Positions 61,364-64,000 of a stretch of 64,000 nt of DNA are shown one piece after another. Numbering within the stretch: the stretch's first letter is position 1; the number at the start of each line of letters is the position of its first letter. The notes below the pieces were generated by a model. It saw only the letters and a program-made list of their open reading frames with translations. It was not told the origin of the DNA and made no database searches. Origin of the DNA: an uncultured Methanoregulaceae archaeon (GTDB lineage Archaea > Halobacteriota > Methanomicrobia > Methanomicrobiales > Methanospirillaceae). The translations under genes were made by a program, and so were the position numbers. The stretch lies in NCBI GenBank assembly GCA_963737635.1, contig CAVTTL010000001.1:1056001-1120000 (forward strand), in the 5' to 3' direction.

Positions 61364-62480
61364 CTAGAACCCTGCCTTCTCTGCCACATCGATAGTGGCA
61401 TCGATCTGTTTCTGGAGTGCGTCGGGAAGGCCGGCGATCTTAACATCGAGGAATCCCCGGATAATCGTTGCGGTCAGCTTCGTTTTCAGAGAGTCCCCGG
61501 GACATCAGGTACTCAATCTCTTCCTGTGCCAGCTTGCCGACTGCAGCTTCGTGGGAAAGCTCGGTTCCGACAACTCTCCCGTCAATTTCCGGAATGGCAT
61601 AAATAGTACCGTCTTTGAGAATCAGGCCTTTGCATTCGAGATGTCCCCGGGTACCTGCGGTCATCCCCAGAATATGGCCACGTGATATTATGGTGCCGCC
61701 TTTTGTTATTGCACGGGTAACCAGTTCCGCGCTTGCACCTTTTCCCTGGAGGATCGCTCGCGAACCAATATCGAGATATGAGGTAGGGGATGCAATGGAA
61801 ATTGTTGAGAACCTGGCAACTGAGTTCTCTCCCTTTAACGTTGCCGTCGGGTACATCTGGACTTTCTTGACCGGTTGCATACAGACGTAGTTTGACAGGA
61901 AAATCCCATTGTCTTCCACAATGGATGCACTTCGCGGGAAGACCTCGATATTTTCAGTCCAGGTGTGGATCATGGTGAAGCTGACTTTTGCGTTCTTTTT
62001 GACATAGAACTCCGATACGCCGTAGTGTGCTGCTCCCGGGCCAACATGCCCGCCACTTGTGCATCCTGAAATAATATGGAGCTCTGCTCCCTCTTCGGCT
62101 ATTATGATATTGTGGACATGCTGGATCGTCTCGCGGCCGAGATAAAGGCAGGCCTGAATCGGGAGGATATTGCTGGTCCCCTTATGGGCAATGATCACGT
62201 AACCTTTCGGATCGTTCTGCGCTGCCACATACTTCGTTATCTCATCTTTATCCTTTGAGACTGCCTTCCAGACATACTCCTGCAGCCAGTCGTACTTTTC
62301 CATCGCTCTTTTAAAGGAGAGGACTTCAATTCCTTCCTCACGGCATTCAGCATGAACGACATCCTGGTTCATCTGGAGATAGCTGCCACAACGGTTTTCC
62401 ATGGACAGCTCGATCCCTGACTCGACGAGCCGCTGCTTATCCTCGTTTGATAAACCTGGTGCATTCAGCTGTGACGACAT
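61364..62480 (-). CDS. sufB: Fe-S assembly SufB/SufD-family protein, frameshift near 61474
   Basis: GHLECKGL, ELSHEAAVGK..YLMSRGL; tail TIIRGFLD..KAGF* in another frame. Confidence 0.9.
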
Positions 62481-63196
62481 TCCAGACACTCCTTATAGCC
62501 GCGTTGCTTGATGTCCTTGAGGATCTCCCGGGGGTTTCCGTGGCACTTGATCATACCGTCGCACATCACGTGCCCCTTGTCAGCATCAAGATAATCGAGA
62601 ATGAATCCTGTGTGGGTGATCACAAGGCCGCTTTTTGCCCGTGTTCCCATCCTCTTCTCTTTTTCGAGCAGCGACCCGATAGCAGTTCCAATGAGTGAGA
62701 TGTTTTCGAGATCGACGCCGCTTTCCGGTTCATCGAGCATTACAAAGGCCGGATTCTGGATCATCAACTGTAGCACCTCGCTTCTCTTGATCTCTCCTCC
62801 TGAGAACCCTTTGTTGATGTCCCGGTCAAGAAAGGCGCTCATGTGTACCGATTTGGCAAGGTCTTGGATATCGGTAGTACTGTTGTGGGAGATTGCCGTC
62901 AGGAGCTTACCCAGCTTAAGTCCGGAGATGGTGGGCGGCCGCTGGAAGAGCATCCCCATGCCACGTTTGGCACGTTCGTCGGAATGCATCGCAGTCACAT
63001 CTTCTCCATTGAAGGTGATCTTCCCTTTGGTGATGGTATAGTTTGAAAAACCCATGAGCGTCATAAGAAGAGTGGTCTTCCCGGAGCCGTTTGGGCCCAT
63101 GAGCACGTGAGTCTCCCCGGCCTCGATATGGAGGTCGATGCCGTGCAGTACCTCTTTATCACCGATGTCCACATGCAGATCGTCGATGTCCAGCAT
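62465..63196 (-). CDS. sufC: Fe-S assembly ABC ATPase
   Basis: GPNGSGKTT, GFSGGEIKRSE, LDEPESGVD, ITHTG, C-terminal CLEC. Confidence 0.92.
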   Translation of the reverse strand: MLDIDDLHVDIGDKEVLHGIDLHIEAGETHVLMGPNGSGKTTLLMTLMGFSNYTITKGKITFNGEDVTAMHSDERAKRGMGMLFQRPPTISGLKLGKLLTAISHNSTTDIQDLAKSVHMSAFLDRDINKGFSGGEIKRSEVLQLMIQNPAFVMLDEPESGVDLENISLIGTAIGSLLEKEKRMGTRAKSGLVITHTGFILDYLDADKGHVMCDGMIKCHGNPREILKDIKQRGYKECLECRHS

Positions 63197-63376
63197 ACGA
63201 TTAACCGCATGAGTGTATGTCGATGTCTGCATTAAACGCTTTTCACAGTACCATGATGTCGTCATGGGTCAGCAGTAATAGGTGGTGTAAATATTACGAC
63301 CTGAGTGCTAATGGAAAACCGGATATATGAATTCTTTAACTTCTCCGGTACACTGTACCCTAAGGCTGTGTGATCC

Positions 63377-64000
63377 GTGCGTCAGGAAAAAGTAAAGGAT
63401 AAAGCCGGAAAGGCGAGGGTACGGAAGGGGTCGAAAGATGCAAAAGAAACCTTGCATTCCTGCGAAATCCCGGAGATAAAACCGTTTATCAATCGGATCA
63501 TCTGTGGCGATGCTCTCACTGTTCTCTCCGGGCTGCCTTCAGAGAGCGTCGACCTTGTCATCACATCCCCTCCCTATAACTTCGGTCATACCTATGCACA
63601 GGATCCCCACGATGACACGCGTGAATGGAACGAATACTTTGGCACCCTCAACGCCATCTGGAAAGAGTGTGTCCGGGTGCTCGTACCCGGCGGGAGAATG
63701 GCCGTTAATGTCCAGCCGCTATTCTCGGATTATGTTCCAACCCACCATATCATATCGAACCAACTGTCCGGTCTCGGGCTGCTTTGGAAGGCGGAGTTTC
63801 TCTGGGAAAAAAACAACTACAACGCCAAGTATACCGCATGGGGGAGCTGGAAGTCGCCGTCAATGCCCTACATCAAATATACATGGGAGTTTGTCGAGAT
63901 CTTTGACAAGGGAACCCACAAAAAAACGGGCCGCCGTGAAGATATCGATATCACCGCTGAGGAATTTAAGGAAGGGGTAATCGGCCGCTGGAAGATCACC
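63377..64000 (+). CDS. Site-specific N4/N6 DNA methyltransferase (beta-class order), runs off the window
   Basis: Hand translation INRIICGDAL..SVDLVITSPPYNFG..RVLVPGG; not listed in the ORF track. Confidence 0.88.
   Translation, partial: MRQEKVKDKAGKARVRKGSKDAKETLHSCEIPEIKPFINRIICGDALTVLSGLPSESVDLVITSPPYNFGHTYAQDPHDDTREWNEYFGTLNAIWKECVRVLVPGGRMAVNVQPLFSDYVPTHHIISNQLSGLGLLWKAEFLWEKNNYNAKYTAWGSWKSPSMPYIKYTWEFVEIFDKGTHKKTGRREDIDITAEEFKEGVIGRWKIT

Overview
Archaeal chromosome segment, most consistent with a Methanomicrobiales methanogen (Methanoregula-like; inferred from gene content, not from a search). The backbone is housekeeping: tiaS, thermosome, a 2-oxoacid:ferredoxin oxidoreductase operon, K+/H+ antiporter, ribL, truA, cbiA, a complete trpEGDCFBA operon, two tRNAs, the eIF2-gamma/rpo7/spt4/rps24e/rps27ae/kae1-bud32/rdgB/rpl40e cluster, aglB with glmM-glmU-glmU-glmS, sufCB and a partial DNA methyltransferase. 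About ten conserved genes carry single indels that look like sequencing errors. The standout is an AT-rich island (~3.0-9.65 kb) directly upstream of the thermosome promoter. It holds a 5.2-kb cargo-carrying transposon (4413-9642) with one SWIM/Zn-ribbon IS6-like transposase, 22-bp imperfect terminal inverted repeats, subterminal repeats and a perfect 8-bp target duplication (CCTCTAGA). Its cargo is a radical SAM + TcmP-like pair, an RHH regulator with a palindromic operator, and a 2-TM/GAF-like + Panacea pair. It abuts the remnant of a second, unrelated DDE element carrying an EVE-domain gene. Both elements appear to have inserted at the upstream edge of the thermosome BRE/TATA. Also notable: a candidate Trp-terminated leader ORF plus paired TGTACA-like boxes upstream of trpE, and a tandem-repeat Cc1-like chromatin protein.
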